This document shows, piece by piece, positions 14,926 to 28,428 of a DNA stretch of 64,000 nt; position 1 is the stretch's first letter, and each line of letters starts with the position of its first letter. This DNA comes from Octopus vulgaris (Eukaryota): NCBI GenBank assembly GCA_951406725.2, contig OX597827.1:82212001-82276000 (forward strand). Direction: 5' to 3'. The notes beneath the pieces were generated by a model. That model saw only the letters and a program-made list of their open reading frames with translations, ran no database searches and was not told where the DNA came from. A program made the position numbers and the translations under genes.

Positions 14926-14939
14926 ATTATTACTACTAT

Positions 14940-15070
14940 TTTGCTGGGTGTGATGGAAAGTGTCAGTTGTCCACAGCCAGCAGACTAGGGTGACACTTGT
15001 TTACTGGTCATGCTTCAAGAACCCTGCAAAGAATTCTTGGAGTATCAAGCAATGCTGATTTTTGAGTCAT
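14940..15070 (-). mobile_element. 3' end of a Dong/R4-type LINE, same family as 36690-36845
   Basis: Minus-strand QKSALLDTPRILCRVLEA* plus a short UTR running into a (TAA)n-like tract. Confidence 0.7.
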
Positions 15071-15124
15071 GTTGGTAGTTAAGAGCTGTTATTCTTATTT
15101 TAAGTTTGACATTTGTACAAGTTG

Positions 15125-16420
15125 GCTCCAAGTCTCACCCAGAGACCTCAAGAGACAACAAGTTAGAAGTTCATGTTAGTGTTATGTGTAGGGTGTCATA
15201 TATTTGGTTCTGCACATAGTGTTGTTCAGGAGAATGTTTAAGAAAACATAAAAAAATTAAGAGTTTGTTTTAAAATTTGAGATTACATACACAATATTTT
15301 ATGTAGGATATAGGGAGTTCCCATGAGCACTATCTTTTGAATTTCTGCCATTTTGGGGTTTCCTGGTATCTGAGTTAGGTAGCAATCAGCCCCTTTTGCT
15401 ATCATTCCCAGGGCACCTATGACAACAGGTATTGTTTTAGTCTTTGTTCCACATTTTGCTGATTTCTATTTCAAGATCTTTATATTTGCTCAGTTTTTGG
15501 TAGGACTTGACAGATACGTTTATGTTGATTGGGACAGTCATATCAATGAGGAGGCATGATTTTTGTCTGAAGTCTTTCAACATAATGCCTGGGCTATCTG
15601 CATGTATCTTTCAGTCAGTTCCAGAGGAGTGAGATGTGGTCATTTTCAAGCACTGGAGTTGGTTTGTGTTCCCACCAGTTTTTATCATGGGGCAAGTCCA
15701 GGTTTTTGCAAATTATCCAGTGAACATATTCAGCTGCTCTATCATGCCTGTTGAGATATTCTGTAGGCGCAAGAAGACAGCACTTGGAGACAACATGATC
15801 AATGGTTTCATTTTGCTGTTGACATACACAACATGTTGGGCTGCTGCCGTTCTTTAATGTATTGGCCTGTTTGTCCTTTGTCTTGGGCTGCTATGATAAA
15901 CTCTTCTATTTCTGATTTTAAGCCAGAAGACACTAACTATAGATGGGTCAGGGGTTTGTCAACATCTGCGTTATTTGCTCTCTTTGGGTATTTGCCATTG
16001 AGAGGTTTTCCTTGCCATTTATCAATAAGAATATCCAAGGCAGCAGTTCTAGCACAGGTTTTCATGTGCTTAGCTTTTTCTGTGCTTGTTTCTAGTACGT
16101 CTAATTCTGGGATTTGTTGTATTTGGAATTCACTTAGATATACCTTTGCCTGTTTTGTTACTGAATATGATGCTTTCTTTTTTTCAGGCTTTGAGACAAG
16201 TTTTAACATCCAGTCCCCAGAGTTTTTCAGGTAGGTGTCTAGGCCAATTGTAGCAATCGTCATTGTTAATTCCAGTTGTAAAATTCCACGGCCTCCCTCT
16301 TTTCTTGGCAGATGAAGTCGTTCTATATCTGCCTTAGGGTGGAGCATTCTATGCATTGTCAACAATTTTTGTATCTTTCTGTCAAGATTACATATTTCAG
16401 TAATTGACCAGTTAATGATA
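15125..16420 (-). mobile_element. Dong/R4-type non-LTR retrotransposon 3' half: post-RT region, CCHC knuckle, restriction-like endonuclease and 3' UTR; decayed
   Basis: LTMHRMLHPKADIERLHLPRKEGGRG (ORF 15937-16479). CCVCQQQNETIDHVVSKC fits CX2CX8HX4C at about 15780-15835. DFRQKSCLLIDMTVP..KLSKYKDLEIEISKMW is REL-endonuclease-like. Confidence 0.85.
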
Positions 16421-16461
16421 TTAATATTATTATTATTATCATCATCATCATCATCATCAAA

Positions 16462-16502
16462 TGAACGATATTTCGACATCTCATGTGTCTTCCACAGGTT
16501 AA
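16462..16502 (-). ncRNA. Minimal type I hammerhead-like motif, A6U core (tandem copy 1)
   Basis: Minus strand: ttaac CTGTGGA a gaca-catgaga-tgtc GAAA TATC gttca. Stem I aac/gtt, palindromic ATAT stem III, AUC triplet. Confidence 0.55.
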
Positions 16503-16618
16503 AGAAATAAACTTGTCAATCTACTTTATTTTTGGTAATATGTATAGGATTGCGGTAACTCCTCTAGAAGATATAGAAGCAAAACATAAAAAAAAAGAAG
16601 AGTGCCATTGTTATCAAG

Positions 16619-16659
16619 TGAACGATATTTCAACATCTCGTGGGTCTTCTACAGGTTCA
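16619..16659 (-). ncRNA. Minimal type I hammerhead-like motif, A6U core (tandem copy 2)
   Basis: Minus strand: tgaac CTGTAGA a gac-ccacgagat-gtt GAAA TATC gttca. Stem I is 5 bp; copy lies 157 bp from copy 1. Confidence 0.6.
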
Positions 16660-16779
16660 AAAAATAAACTTATTATTATTATTACTACTACTACTACTCC
16701 AACTATCATTATTCTTCTTATTATTATTTCATGTCTCACCTCTTTCAATATAATTTACTCTGACTAATTCTGTAAGAGC

Positions 16780-17750
16780 GGACAACAACCTGTTGTCAAG
16801 GGTCTCACAGGATCGCTTTCCATAATACTAGTCTCAAAGTTTTGCTGTCCCCAACAGAGCAGTTTTCTGACCATGTCCTACCCTCACCCAGAGACCTCAA
16901 GAGACAACAAGTTAGCAGTTCAAGTTGGTGTTATGCCTAGGGTGTCATATATTTGGTTCTGCACATAGTATAGTTCTAGAGAATGTTTAAGAAAACATTA
17001 AAAAATTAAGAGTTACTTTAAACTTTGAGATTACATACACAGTATTTTACGTAGGATATAAGCAATTTCTCCAACAAATTTCTCAACCCTCTTTGTTAAT
17101 TAATGCTCCCAATGCTCCTGCTGGGATGGCAGTTACTTCCTCTGTTGCCCACATTTGCGCAATCTCATCCTGTAGTGGCTTCTTGTACTTCTTAATCTTT
17201 TCCAATTCTTTATCATCCTCTTATACATCTGCAGTCAGAGCAATATCTTTAATCTTGGCTTCCTTCATCATTTTATCAACTCCAACAATGTCTGGGGTCC
17301 AATCATCAATCACTAAACTCCCATAAGACCTTATACTCATTATTCTTAGTGATATCTGGTTTATAACCCCACCACTTCAATGTCTGTCACTCTCACACAG
17401 TTTTGTGCCTCCGTTTTGTATTCTTTTTCAGTCAGTTTGTTACACTCACAACATGTTACATTGTCTCATTTTCGCTGCCACACATTCTACCAAGGGGTGA
17501 TTCACAACTCTTAATCTATTTGGAACTTGGTGAAATCAGTTCTCAGAGCTTGTTCCTAGGTGCTGCATCCTTTCAGATCCCTTTTTCTCAGCCACTTCCA
17601 GGTATTGGTTTTGTCTTTCACTTCTGCCCTACATCCAATTTGATCCTGCAGATCTGTGATCAAAAAAGTATTCCAATCGGGAATATTTTGTGTCTTGTTT
17701 TTCTTTTATTTTTTGCTATTTTTGACAGGTCAAGCAGCATATATATAGGG
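16780..17750 (-). mobile_element. Second Dong/R4-type LINE relic, interrupted at about 16883-17062 by a copy of the 3' end of the 15125-16420 family
   Basis: ELEKIKKYK..EIAQMW..IPAGALGA and QKTALLGTAK flank a ~180-bp segment that closely matches 15134-15312. Confidence 0.7.
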
Positions 17751-19522
17751 AAAATCTGGTGTTGTGTGGTGTCTGGTGTTGTGTGGCATCTGTTGTGTGA
17801 CATTTGGTGTTGTGAAGACATAGTATGATACTCCTTATACTCATTAGTTTACTTGTACATTAAATGGTGGTTGTGGTAGTAGTGATGACTATGATGGTGA
17901 TGATGGTGATGTTGATGATGATGATGATGATGAAGATGGCGATAATGATGGTGGTGGTGGTGGTGGTTAGTGGTAGTCATCATGACAGTCATGTTACTTC
18001 TACACCTGGTGATGATGATGATGATGTTGTCCCTGTTGACCGAAAGTCTCCTTGTAGTTGTTAATTCATGAAGGAAACACAGCATGGTCACTGCCACCAG
18101 AATAGTCCCATGGTTCACTGATTCAAACATCACGCATCACTGCATCACACACTACATCACAACATACAGCAAGGAGAAAGGGAGAGAGAGAGAGGGGGAG
18201 GGAGAGAAAGAGAGAGTGTGTGTGTCTCTATGTGGTCATATGTGCAGTTAGAAATAGCAGCAAGTCTTCCTAAAATGAAATCTTTCCCTGTGCTAAAAAT
18301 CTAGAAAATGCTGGTCAGTGGAGACAGGATTATACATAAAAATGGGGGGTGGGCATAGTATATTAGTCTGTCCAGTTAATGCAGACCTGGAGCTAAACAG
18401 CAGCAACACTGCACCAGAACCTACAAAAATTAGGGACTGACCACCACAACTGACACCACCACCCACAATTAGTACTGCATCTCCCTCGCTACCACACCAC
18501 CACCCCAACCACTAACACCTCTACTACTACAACCTCCACCACCACCACCACCATCACCACCACCACCATCACCATCACTATGACCACTACTACAGCCATC
18601 ACCACCACCACCACAATCATGACCGTTACTATCACCACCACCACCACTACAACCAGTACTTTAACTACAGTAGTTATTGCTGCATCTAAAAAACACATCA
18701 AGTGAAGGAAACCCTTAAACACTCCTTTGCCTTCACCCCTCCCCTTACACCCTCCCCTATCCCCCAGTCACGTCCTCTACCCTACCCTAGATCTCCGTGC
18801 CCTCCCCAGCCACCCATTCCATAGCTGTGTGCCATCCAGTTGTGTTGACATGCTATATGATTGCTTCAGTCAAGCAGCCACATTGCAAAAAAGCCATTAA
18901 GAACACAGCTATCAGCAGAGACCAGCTCCAGCTTGCAAATTAGAAGCTTTCTTCAAGCTCGTTAATTTTCTAATGAGTTGAAACAGTGTGAGAGAAGGAA
19001 ATGAGGAAGGCAGGCAGGAAGGGGAAAAAATAATTAAAACTATTAAATATTCATATTTAAATTACGTTGGCAATTAATTTCGGAGGAAAAATCATTTGAT
19101 GAAATAAAAATATTTTAGAGATAGTTTATTAATTTAGGAATCGTTTCCACCCACTCCCACGTGCATGCGTGTGTGTGTGTGTGTGTGTGATGCAGCTGCT
19201 GGTGTTAGGCTACTTAAAAGTGACTTGCAGTAGTTACATAGCGTGTTAAAACGGTTGATGGTAACAGCACTTCTGCCACACCAACGACATGTCACCTTCC
19301 CCCACCATCATGCACAGCATCATTGTCATCCTTGTCATCATCACATTTGTCATCCTCAACATCATAATCATCGTCTTTGTTATCGTCGTTACCATCATCA
19401 TCATCTTTGCCGTCGTCATCTCCATCATCATCCATTCCTTCTAACTTTTCATTGTAGCTAGAAGTAACTGGCAGATAGGTGTTTGTCTGACATATAAATT
19501 TAAATTCCAAAATATCTCACCT

Positions 19523-19558
<36 letters not shown>

Positions 19559-20469
19559 AATATACACATGCATACAGCTATATTCTATATATATGTAAAA
19601 ATATCAGTTGATAAAATGTTGTGTTTGTATGTATATTTGTGTGAGTCTGTTTATAGAGATGCAAAGGAAAGACCCTCACCACAGAACATATTAAAGATTA
19701 TCAAAAATAACAACAGAAAAACGATTTTCTGCAATTAATTTCTGTGAGTTTTACAAATGAAATACTCAGAGTTTTGCATTAGCATTTTTTTAAAGCAACA
19801 TTTCAACTTTCTCTTAGAAAACAGTTCCATGTTGAAAATGTAGAAATTTAGTGAACACCAAATTTCAATTCCTGCAGCTTGTTTTGTTGCTGCTGCAACT
19901 GTTGTTGTTGTTGTCGTTATTGTTGTTGAAGAGGTAGAGACAATAAAACACCAAGTAGACATTTATGATGATTTCAGGAGTTTGCACTGTTAGTGTATAA
20001 AAACATGGACACACATACCACACATTCACATACACACAGATACATACATTTACATATATACACACACAGATACATACACACATTCACACATATATATATA
20101 CAGATACATACATTTACATATATACACACACACAGATACATACACACATTCACACACACACACACACACACAGAGAAATACATTCATGCATGCACACTCA
20201 CTTTTTACTGTTTTATCCATTACTTGTTTTAGTTGTAAGACTCTGGCCATGCTGTGGCACCACCTTAAAGGTTCTTTTATTTTAATGAATTGCCACTGGT
20301 CCTTAATTGTTTTTTTAAGCCTGGTACTTATTAAAGTTAACCTAGCAAAGACCAAAGTTGTTGGCAAGAAAGGGAAATGGCCCTGCTGAATATGTAGGAA
20401 AGGGGTTGGCAGAGATTCCATTCAAGGCACCCAGGGTAAACTATGGACACGTAAGAGATGCAGTGGAAT

Positions 20470-20712
20470 CACAGGTAGATTAACAAAAAGTTCTCCATCA
20501 TCCACCCTACTCACCTGATCTTGCCCCCACTAATACCACTTCTTCCAGAATTTGGACAGAAAAGAAATTTAATTCTGATGATGCTGTAAAACAGGCCTTC
20601 CAAGATCTTATAGACTCTACATTGCCAGGCTTTTACAGTTCCGGGCCAGACAAGCGACTGCTGAAATGGCAAAAGTCTATTGACAAAATGGGAGCAAACT
20701 TTGATGAATAAA
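20470..20712 (+). mobile_element. mariner transposase C-terminal relic
   Basis: LHHPPYSPDLAP..FYSSG..KWQKSIDKMGANFDE*. Confidence 0.8.
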
Positions 20713-21390
20713 ACTATTCTTTGTATTTATAAAACATTAGCAAATTTTTTTTGTCTTCTACAAGTTTCATACTTGACAACCTAACGGAAGGGAAACACTT
20801 GCCCAAGGCGCCACACAGTGGGGCTGAACCTAGAACCATGAGGTTAGGAAGCAAACTTCTTACCAGAAGCCATGCCTCTGCCTCTCTGTTTATATTCGTT
20901 AATTTAAATCCTTCATTGATTATATCAGTGACATCATCCTTCCCATGATCCTTTGCTGTCTGACAGAACATGTGACAATGTCATGGAATTTCTACAAATG
21001 ACAAGTCCAAGAAGGTCTGGAAAGAAACATCACTGAATCTTGAAATGTCATTATTTTCAGATTGGATATTAAGGAGAAAGACAGAAAAATAGGAGAGGAT
21101 TAAGAAGGATTAAACAGTTTATCTGAACGATGACTGTTCAGTAGAAAACATTTCAAAGGAAAGGGGTGTGTATGTGTGTGTGTGTGTGTGTATGTGTGTG
21201 TGTGTATGTGTTGGATTTGCATATGTATATATATATGTATGTATGTATGTATGTATATATGTATATATGTATATATGTATATGTATATATGTATGTATAT
21301 ATGTATGTATATATGCGCGTGGATGTGTGTGTGTGCACGTGCTGTTTGTGCATGCAGATATCTGTGTACATGCGTGTTCATGATATAACA

Positions 21391-21448
<58 letters not shown>

Positions 21449-22105
21449 CAACATCAACACACACACATATATATGTATGTTTGTGTGTGTGTATCTCTCT
21501 ATGTACCATAGTCATGTACTTTGTGGTCAAAGTGACCAACCAAACTAAGTATATTTGCATGTTTGTATTTGCCAGTGTGTATAACTGTGCACGTGCGTGT
21601 GTATATGTAGAAATATGAATGTTTGTGTGTTCACACAATACAGTCAATGTATATGATTATATGTGTGTATCTACTTTCAGTCTATGTTGTATATATATGC
21701 ATATGTGTATATATGTATGAGTGTCTGTGCATTCAAGTGTGCGTGTGTGTGTGTGTGCGTGTGTGTGTGTGAGTGAGTGTGTGTGTGTGTATGTGTTTTG
21801 CTGTATGATGCTGACCAGTCACTGGAACAAGTGTGGCCAGCTCCTGTGATCAGTGACTGCGAAGGAAGTAATTGCAAGATCAAAGTGCAGTCGTTGCAGT
21901 GCAGTGTATGCAAGATGTCATGGTTGAGTTCATCTGATCGGACCTGAAGTCCCCAATGGTTGGTGGGGAAGGTGTGTGGGGGTAGGGTGAGAAATTTAGT
22001 CTGAATTCTATCAAAGATCTAGAATGTTCTGTAGTGAGAAGAGACATGTAGATGGATAGCAGTGTGTGTGTTTGTGTGCGTGTTGTGCATGACTGTATGT
22101 ATGTA

Positions 22106-22155
<50 letters not shown>

Positions 22156-22278
22156 TATATATGTGTGTATGTATATACATACATATATATATAGTACATA
22201 GATATGTGTGGTTTTGTGTGTATCTGTATGTGTGAATGTGTGTGTGTATATATATACATATATACATATATTAGCATG

Positions 22279-22332
<54 letters not shown>

Positions 22333-22838
22333 TATGCATACCTATGTAAATATATATGATTAAAGTTGGGAAAGAGGAGTTAGCGAGGAGGGCTGAGGTC
22401 TGCTTGACACAGTATTTCAGGTAATGAAACTGATACATACACAACCATTTACATATATACTCATGAACGTCTCACTCTCTCTTCACATTTATCTGCATAT
22501 ATATATATATATATATATTTATCTGTATATATATATATTTATCTGCATATATATATATATATATATATCCACCCACGCCATAAAAATGTCAAATTAAGGA
22601 CCACAGCAAAGTCTACTGTAAAATATATACAGGAGTACAAAAGCTCACACCAACCACACATCAATACGTAATCACATATGCATATATATATACATTCATT
22701 TCTGAACATGTGTATATATATTCACACATCATGTTGACATTAATGTAATTGAAAAGATTCTTATACATACATACATATATGTATTTGCAATCATATATAT
22801 ATATATATATATATTATTCTTAAAAGAAGAATATTAGT

Positions 22839-22891
22839 GACAGTGACTGTCCAATGATGGCTTAACTGGCTGAAACTTCGAAGTCACTGTC
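22839..22891 (+). ncRNA. Decayed hammerhead-like motif
   Basis: gacagt..ccAATGA tggcttaactggct GAAAC ttcgaa GTC actgtc. Stem III is the palindrome ACTTCGAAGT and stem I is gacagt/actgtc, but the core has two substitutions. Confidence 0.4.
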
Positions 22892-22897
22892 AATATT

Positions 22898-23150
22898 GTT
22901 GTTTATGGAAGACCAGCAGTCACCCATGCATACCGGCCTCCCCTCTCCACGCCACCAGTGTTATCCAAGGGAAAGACAAAGGTCGATACAGCTTGGCACC
23001 TGTGACGTCGCAACTCCATTTCTACAGCTGAGTGAACTGAAGCAACATGAAATAAAGTGTCTTGCTCAAGAACACAACACGCAGCCCGGTCCGGGATTCA
23101 ACCTCGCAACCGTAAGCCCGACACTCTAACCACTGAGCCATGTGCCTTCA
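22898..23150 (-). mobile_element. tRNA-derived CORE-like SINE family C
   Basis: Minus-strand TGGCTCAGTGGTTAGAG (A box), GGTTGAATCCC (B box) and GTGTTCTTGAGCAAGACACTTTA. Related plus-strand copies at about 39330-39620 and 62548-62702. Confidence 0.85.
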
Positions 23151-23510
23151 CACACACATGCACACACACACACATATATATATTGTATTTATATATATAA
23201 AACAAGTTTAAAATAACGGTCACTAAATATTTTTCCTATATTGGAGCAAACTTGGCTTACAGCTGTTTCCAGTAGTCATTGGAGGTACATTACTGATAGA
23301 TTTACTCAATATATATTGTTTTATTTCAGGATGTTCATTTTTATTTTATTGTTTTTTTTTTGGTTAAATACACTCCTGCACTATATATTCATTGTTCACT
23401 CATTTGTTACTGTTCTTATTTTAATTGATGTCCGTTGTCCCGAAATCTTTTGTCACACATCTGTGACCTCTTCAGTGACACTTTCCATCTTTGTATAAGC
23501 CGTATGTATG

Positions 23511-23741
23511 TATTTCTTTACTACCCACAAGGGGCTAAACACAGAAAGGATAAACAAGGACAGACAAACGGATTAAGTCGATTACATCGACCCCAGCGCG
23601 TAACTGGTACTTAATTTATCAACCCTGAAAGGATGAGAGGCAAAGTCGACCTCGGCGGAATTTGAACTCAGAACGTAATGGCAGACGAAATACGGCTAAG
23701 CATTTCACCCGGCGTGCTAACGTTTCCGCCAGCTCGCCGCC
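23511..23741 (-). mobile_element. Full-length SINE family A
   Basis: Reverse complement of 34713-34943, with CGTATGTATGTAT on both sides. Confidence 0.9.
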
Positions 23742-24219
23742 TTTGTACGTATGTATGTATGTATGTATATGCATGCATATATGTGTGTGTGTGCATTTAT
23801 AGACAATTTAGCTCCATTAGCCTTGTATGTTATGAAGTGTCCTGAGTAGTAAGTAGCATCATGCAAAAAAGTACCCAGTACATTTTGTAAAACAGTTGGC
23901 ATTAGGAAGGGTTTCAAAGTAAATTTGGCAAAGACTTAAAGTATGAATAAGAAGAAAGAAGGAAAGCAGACAGGAAGCTGTTGATGTCAGGGAAATAGTC
24001 TAGTGTAATATAGAGAAAAGAAGTTGCAATGAATTTTGAATGGTGAACTTGGTGTAAACTGTGAAGGGATATGTGATGTTAGCGGAATTACAAGGAAAGC
24101 AGACAGAGGAAGTAAACTTGATAAGCATCAGGTGCACAGGGAAGTAATTAAGAAGAGTGTTTAGGCAAGCAGTTGATAGGCTCTGCTACCTAGGAAACCT
24201 AACAAGTAGTGGGAGCATT

Positions 24220-24360
24220 CTGAAGTCAGAGGGACCAGGGTAAGAACTGGCTGGGGAAAGATCAGAAGGTTATTAACTCTGCTGGCATCAGAAGGCTTCT
24301 CCTTCAAAGTAAAGTGCAGATTGTGTGAGATTTGTGTATGAAGTGCAAACTGCAAGGTAA
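24220..24360 (+). mobile_element. Old RTE LINE fragment
   Basis: WGKIRRLLTLLASEGFSFKVKCRLCEICV resembles the RTE post-RT segment. A further GRPRKTW-like piece lies at about 24595-24640. Confidence 0.55.
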
Positions 24361-25913
24361 TAAAATGTGTGTCTTGAATGTAGAGGATATGTTACAGGTG
24401 AGAAAGAAAAGGAGCAAGCATGCTTTATTGGCTGTGTAATATCCGTGGGTATGAACAAGGGAGCTGAGAGGGAAAAGTGTCCAGAAGAGGAATCAAGTTT
24501 AGTGTGCAAGGGAGAAAAGTTGTTGATATGGGGACATGTGATGCATAGAAAGGGGACGGTTATATAAAGAAATGCTGAGTGTTTAAAAGGAATGGGACTT
24601 GGGGAAGTGAGAGACCCAGGAAGACTTGGATTGAAGTGGAGAAGTCAGCAAAAGGAGGAGATGACAAAGGACTGTTTAGACACATCAACAACATCAACAA
24701 CACCAACTAAAATAGAAAAAAACCCCAACAACTGCAACAGTAACAACATCAATGGCAGCTACAACAACAAGAAACCACCACAGCAGCAAAAACAACTACA
24801 ATTATAGAAACAACTACATAAACAGCAACAAAAAAAAAGTAATACCACCACCATCACCACCACCACACAACAACTACATCAAAGCTAGCAACAACCACAA
24901 CAACAATAACACCAGTTTAAAGAAGATTATAAAAAAAAAGCAGAATAAAAACATATTTTATGGATATCTTTTAGTTTCCTCTGTTTTCTCCATATTCTAC
25001 AGAAACATTTGCAGGAATAATAAAATAAGTGGTTCTGTTGCAGCTCCTAACTGCCAAGACCTGAAGATATTGTCAAAGAACTCTGCCATAAACCACTGGC
25101 CAAGTGCTATTTACAAGAATCTGATATTTATCTAAGAAATAAATGTTCATGAGAAGAATCAAGAAAAATACAGACCCTCCATCAATGTCTACTGATGCGG
25201 CACCAGGATCACAGCGATTATTACCATGGAATTTATGGAGATCTATGTTAGCATCACCAATAAATTACCCCCCCCCCCACCGGCTCTTTACCCAACTCTG
25301 CCTCTTGGCTGGGACAAAAAACATGCGGTTGCTTCAGGCTGTCAGTCTTGAAAAATCTCGGACTCTCAGACTCTCAGATTCAAAGGATTTCTGTGTTTGG
25401 GTCTGGATAGTATGAAGACAAAGCAGAGATAAATGTGCTTGTGTATATATATATACACACACATCATGGACATATGAGGAAGCAGATGTATATACATACT
25501 GATTATGTTTATGTGATTGTGCATGCATGTGTGTGTATGTGTGCACATGCATACACACACTCAAACACATATAATCACAAACACATATGAATACAAATAT
25601 ATATGTATACACACATTGTCACACTCATAAATAAAAACAGTTATATATTATGCATATTTTGTGTGTGTATGCATGTATATATGCATATATATGTGTGTGT
25701 GTGCATCTATATATCTATCTATCTATTTATATAAGGTGATTAAAATCAAAATAAGCAACAAGGATATCCAGAGGTAATGCAGTACTATCGTTTCATGCAA
25801 CTCCATTTAATTGAACAATGCAACCATTACATCAATTTATTTTGAAATTGTATGGATAATACTATACTAAATTCTGGTGCTTCAACTTAAGTACCATATT
25901 CATCTGTATCTAT

Positions 25914-25945
<32 letters not shown>

Positions 25946-26089
25946 TATGTACATGTATGTGAATATGCATAAATTTATATATATATATACATATATATAC
26001 TCATAGAGACATTTATATATATATATATATATACCCATACAGACATTTATATACATATGTGTATGTATATATATATATATATATATATA

Positions 26090-26469
26090 TCTCTATATAT
26101 AAACGGCAGTTTGTCTGTGCGTGTTTCTGTGTGTCTGTTTGCTTGTACCCTCACCCTGACCACGGCTTTCAACCGATTCTGATGAAACTTGACACACACA
26201 TAGCCCAATGTCATAATTCAAAACTAACGCAGCGAAAATTTTTAAAAGTTCCCCCAGTTCTGAATAAAATCGATAAATTCGACATGGGGTCGAGAATCAG
26301 AAACACAAACCGCAAACTGTCTAGGGGACGCAACTCCACCTTTTTAACTAAAAAAAAAATTTACCATCATTTTTTTCCATTTTTTTGCTATTTTTTGGCT
26401 ATAACTCTTTAAAAATGCTTTATAGTTATTTCCCTTACAAACCTGAGCAACGCCGGGCGATACTGCTAG
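26090..26469 (+). mobile_element. Complete non-autonomous Helitron (380 bp)
   Basis: 5' TC(TCTATATATAAA), subterminal hairpin CCTGAGCAACGCCGGG and 3' CTAG. Inserted between A and T in (TA)n with no TSD. Confidence 0.8.
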
Positions 26470-27869
26470 TATATATATATACACACATACACACTTCTAT
26501 GTGCATCCATAGCTCTGTAGTATAAAGTTTGTAGGCCAACCACATGGCCTTATACACAAATATCTTCTATTATAGCCCCAGGCTGACCATAGCCTTAGGA
26601 GTGGATTTGGTTAACAGAAATTGAAAGAACATAGAATATATATACATGTGTGTGTGTGTGTACATATACACATATACATACATAGAAAGAGAGGAGAGAT
26701 ATGGAGAGAGAGAGAATATGAGTATTCATCAGGATTACTCAAACTAACAAGTTTGAGCACTGAGTGCTCAAGTAGGTGTGTCACCAAAATTGCAGTTGTG
26801 ATTGTGGTTGTGTGATTGAATTGTTCAATAATGGCTATAGGTGACATCCCTTTGAGCCTGTATGTATAGGTTAAAGCAGTGAGGAAAGACAAACAAGTAG
26901 GCAATGCAGGACAAGGACATTTAATTTCATTTAATTCAATATAAAATTAAGCTACATAACAATTAGTAGAAATAGTACAGAGTATTAAAAGATACTATCT
27001 TTACCATTTTGTACTATTCTTACCATTCATTATTTGGCTAAATTTTAGATTGTATTAAATGAAATGAAATAATCATGCATTGTAATTGTTCCCAATCTTT
27101 TATGTGAACATGTCTAGGGAAATATTACCTTGCTTGGAAACAGATGAAAGTTGGTGAGCAGAAGGGCATCCAGCTGAAGAAAATTTGCCTCAACAAAACT
27201 CTGTTCAACCCATAAAAACATGGAAAACCAGACATTGAACAATAATGATGCATATAGATACATGTATATATACATGTGTATAGGAATATAAATATATCAT
27301 TCTTTCTCTATGTCTCTATACATGTTAGTGTATGAGTGTGTGAGTATGTGTATCTATGGTGTAGACATGCTGAATATAAACTTCAGGGGTGCGGGAAGAA
27401 AGAAAAAGTGAATACTAAATACTAAAGATAGATAGATAGATAGAAAGAGAGTGAGAGAGAGAGCAAAACAGGGACCAACAGACAGTAACAGAAATAGATA
27501 GGAAGACAAACAGACAAACAGATAGATAGACGGAGAGACAGATGGACAGACAGATGGATAGACAGAGAGACAGATATTGCTAGAGAGAAATGTGAATCTG
27601 CCATGTTTTGGGGATAAATATTTGAAGCAGTGCAGCAAGATTGCTGAAGTATTGTAGAGTCTCGTAGGATTAGACAAGCATTAGATGGAAGTATATTAAT
27701 TCAGCTTTGAAACTTCTTCACTCAACTTCATGTCTCCATTCTGCCATAGAAGTATCTTAGCTCTGTTCTCATACACACACACACACACTCACAAACTCAT
27801 ATATTTCTAGATGTATACATACATATGTGTGCATGCATATACACAAGTATATATGCATATATTTATGTA

Positions 27870-27906
<37 letters not shown>

Positions 27907-27911
27907 CATAC

Positions 27912-27944
<33 letters not shown>

Positions 27945-28392
27945 AAGAGAGAGAGAAAGATACTGGGATACTTACACACACACTCACATATATATATAAA
28001 GTATATATTGCAAAATGTCTGTATAATCACTGTACATTGCATTCATGTGTATAGTTGCATGTGTTGGTGTGTGTTCGTGCTTCTCTCTGTACATATATCA
28101 ATAGATTTACACTTTTAAATAATCATGAAATACATAAAATATATGAAATAGATACCAAAAAAAAACAAACAGATTTTACATATACACACATTCTAACATA
28201 TAATATATATATATATATACAATATATATTTATTTATGTATATATTTATTTATGTATATATTTAAATATATATATACAATATATGTATATATTTATACAT
28301 ATGTATATTTATACATAACACATACATATAGATGCACATATATATACACATACACAAATATAGAGAAATATAAATGCATACATATTAACACC

Positions 28393-28428
<36 letters not shown>

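Noticed and set aside
21823-21947. Possible C/D snoRNA or pre-miRNA (ATGATG..CTGA; CAGTCACTG/CAGTGACTG)
   Set aside because: The C box is imperfect, there is no terminal stem, and the hairpin pairs poorly beyond 9 bp.
25775-25840. Minus-strand GAAACGATAGTA as a hammerhead
   Set aside because: No recognisable CUGANGA core or stem I partner.
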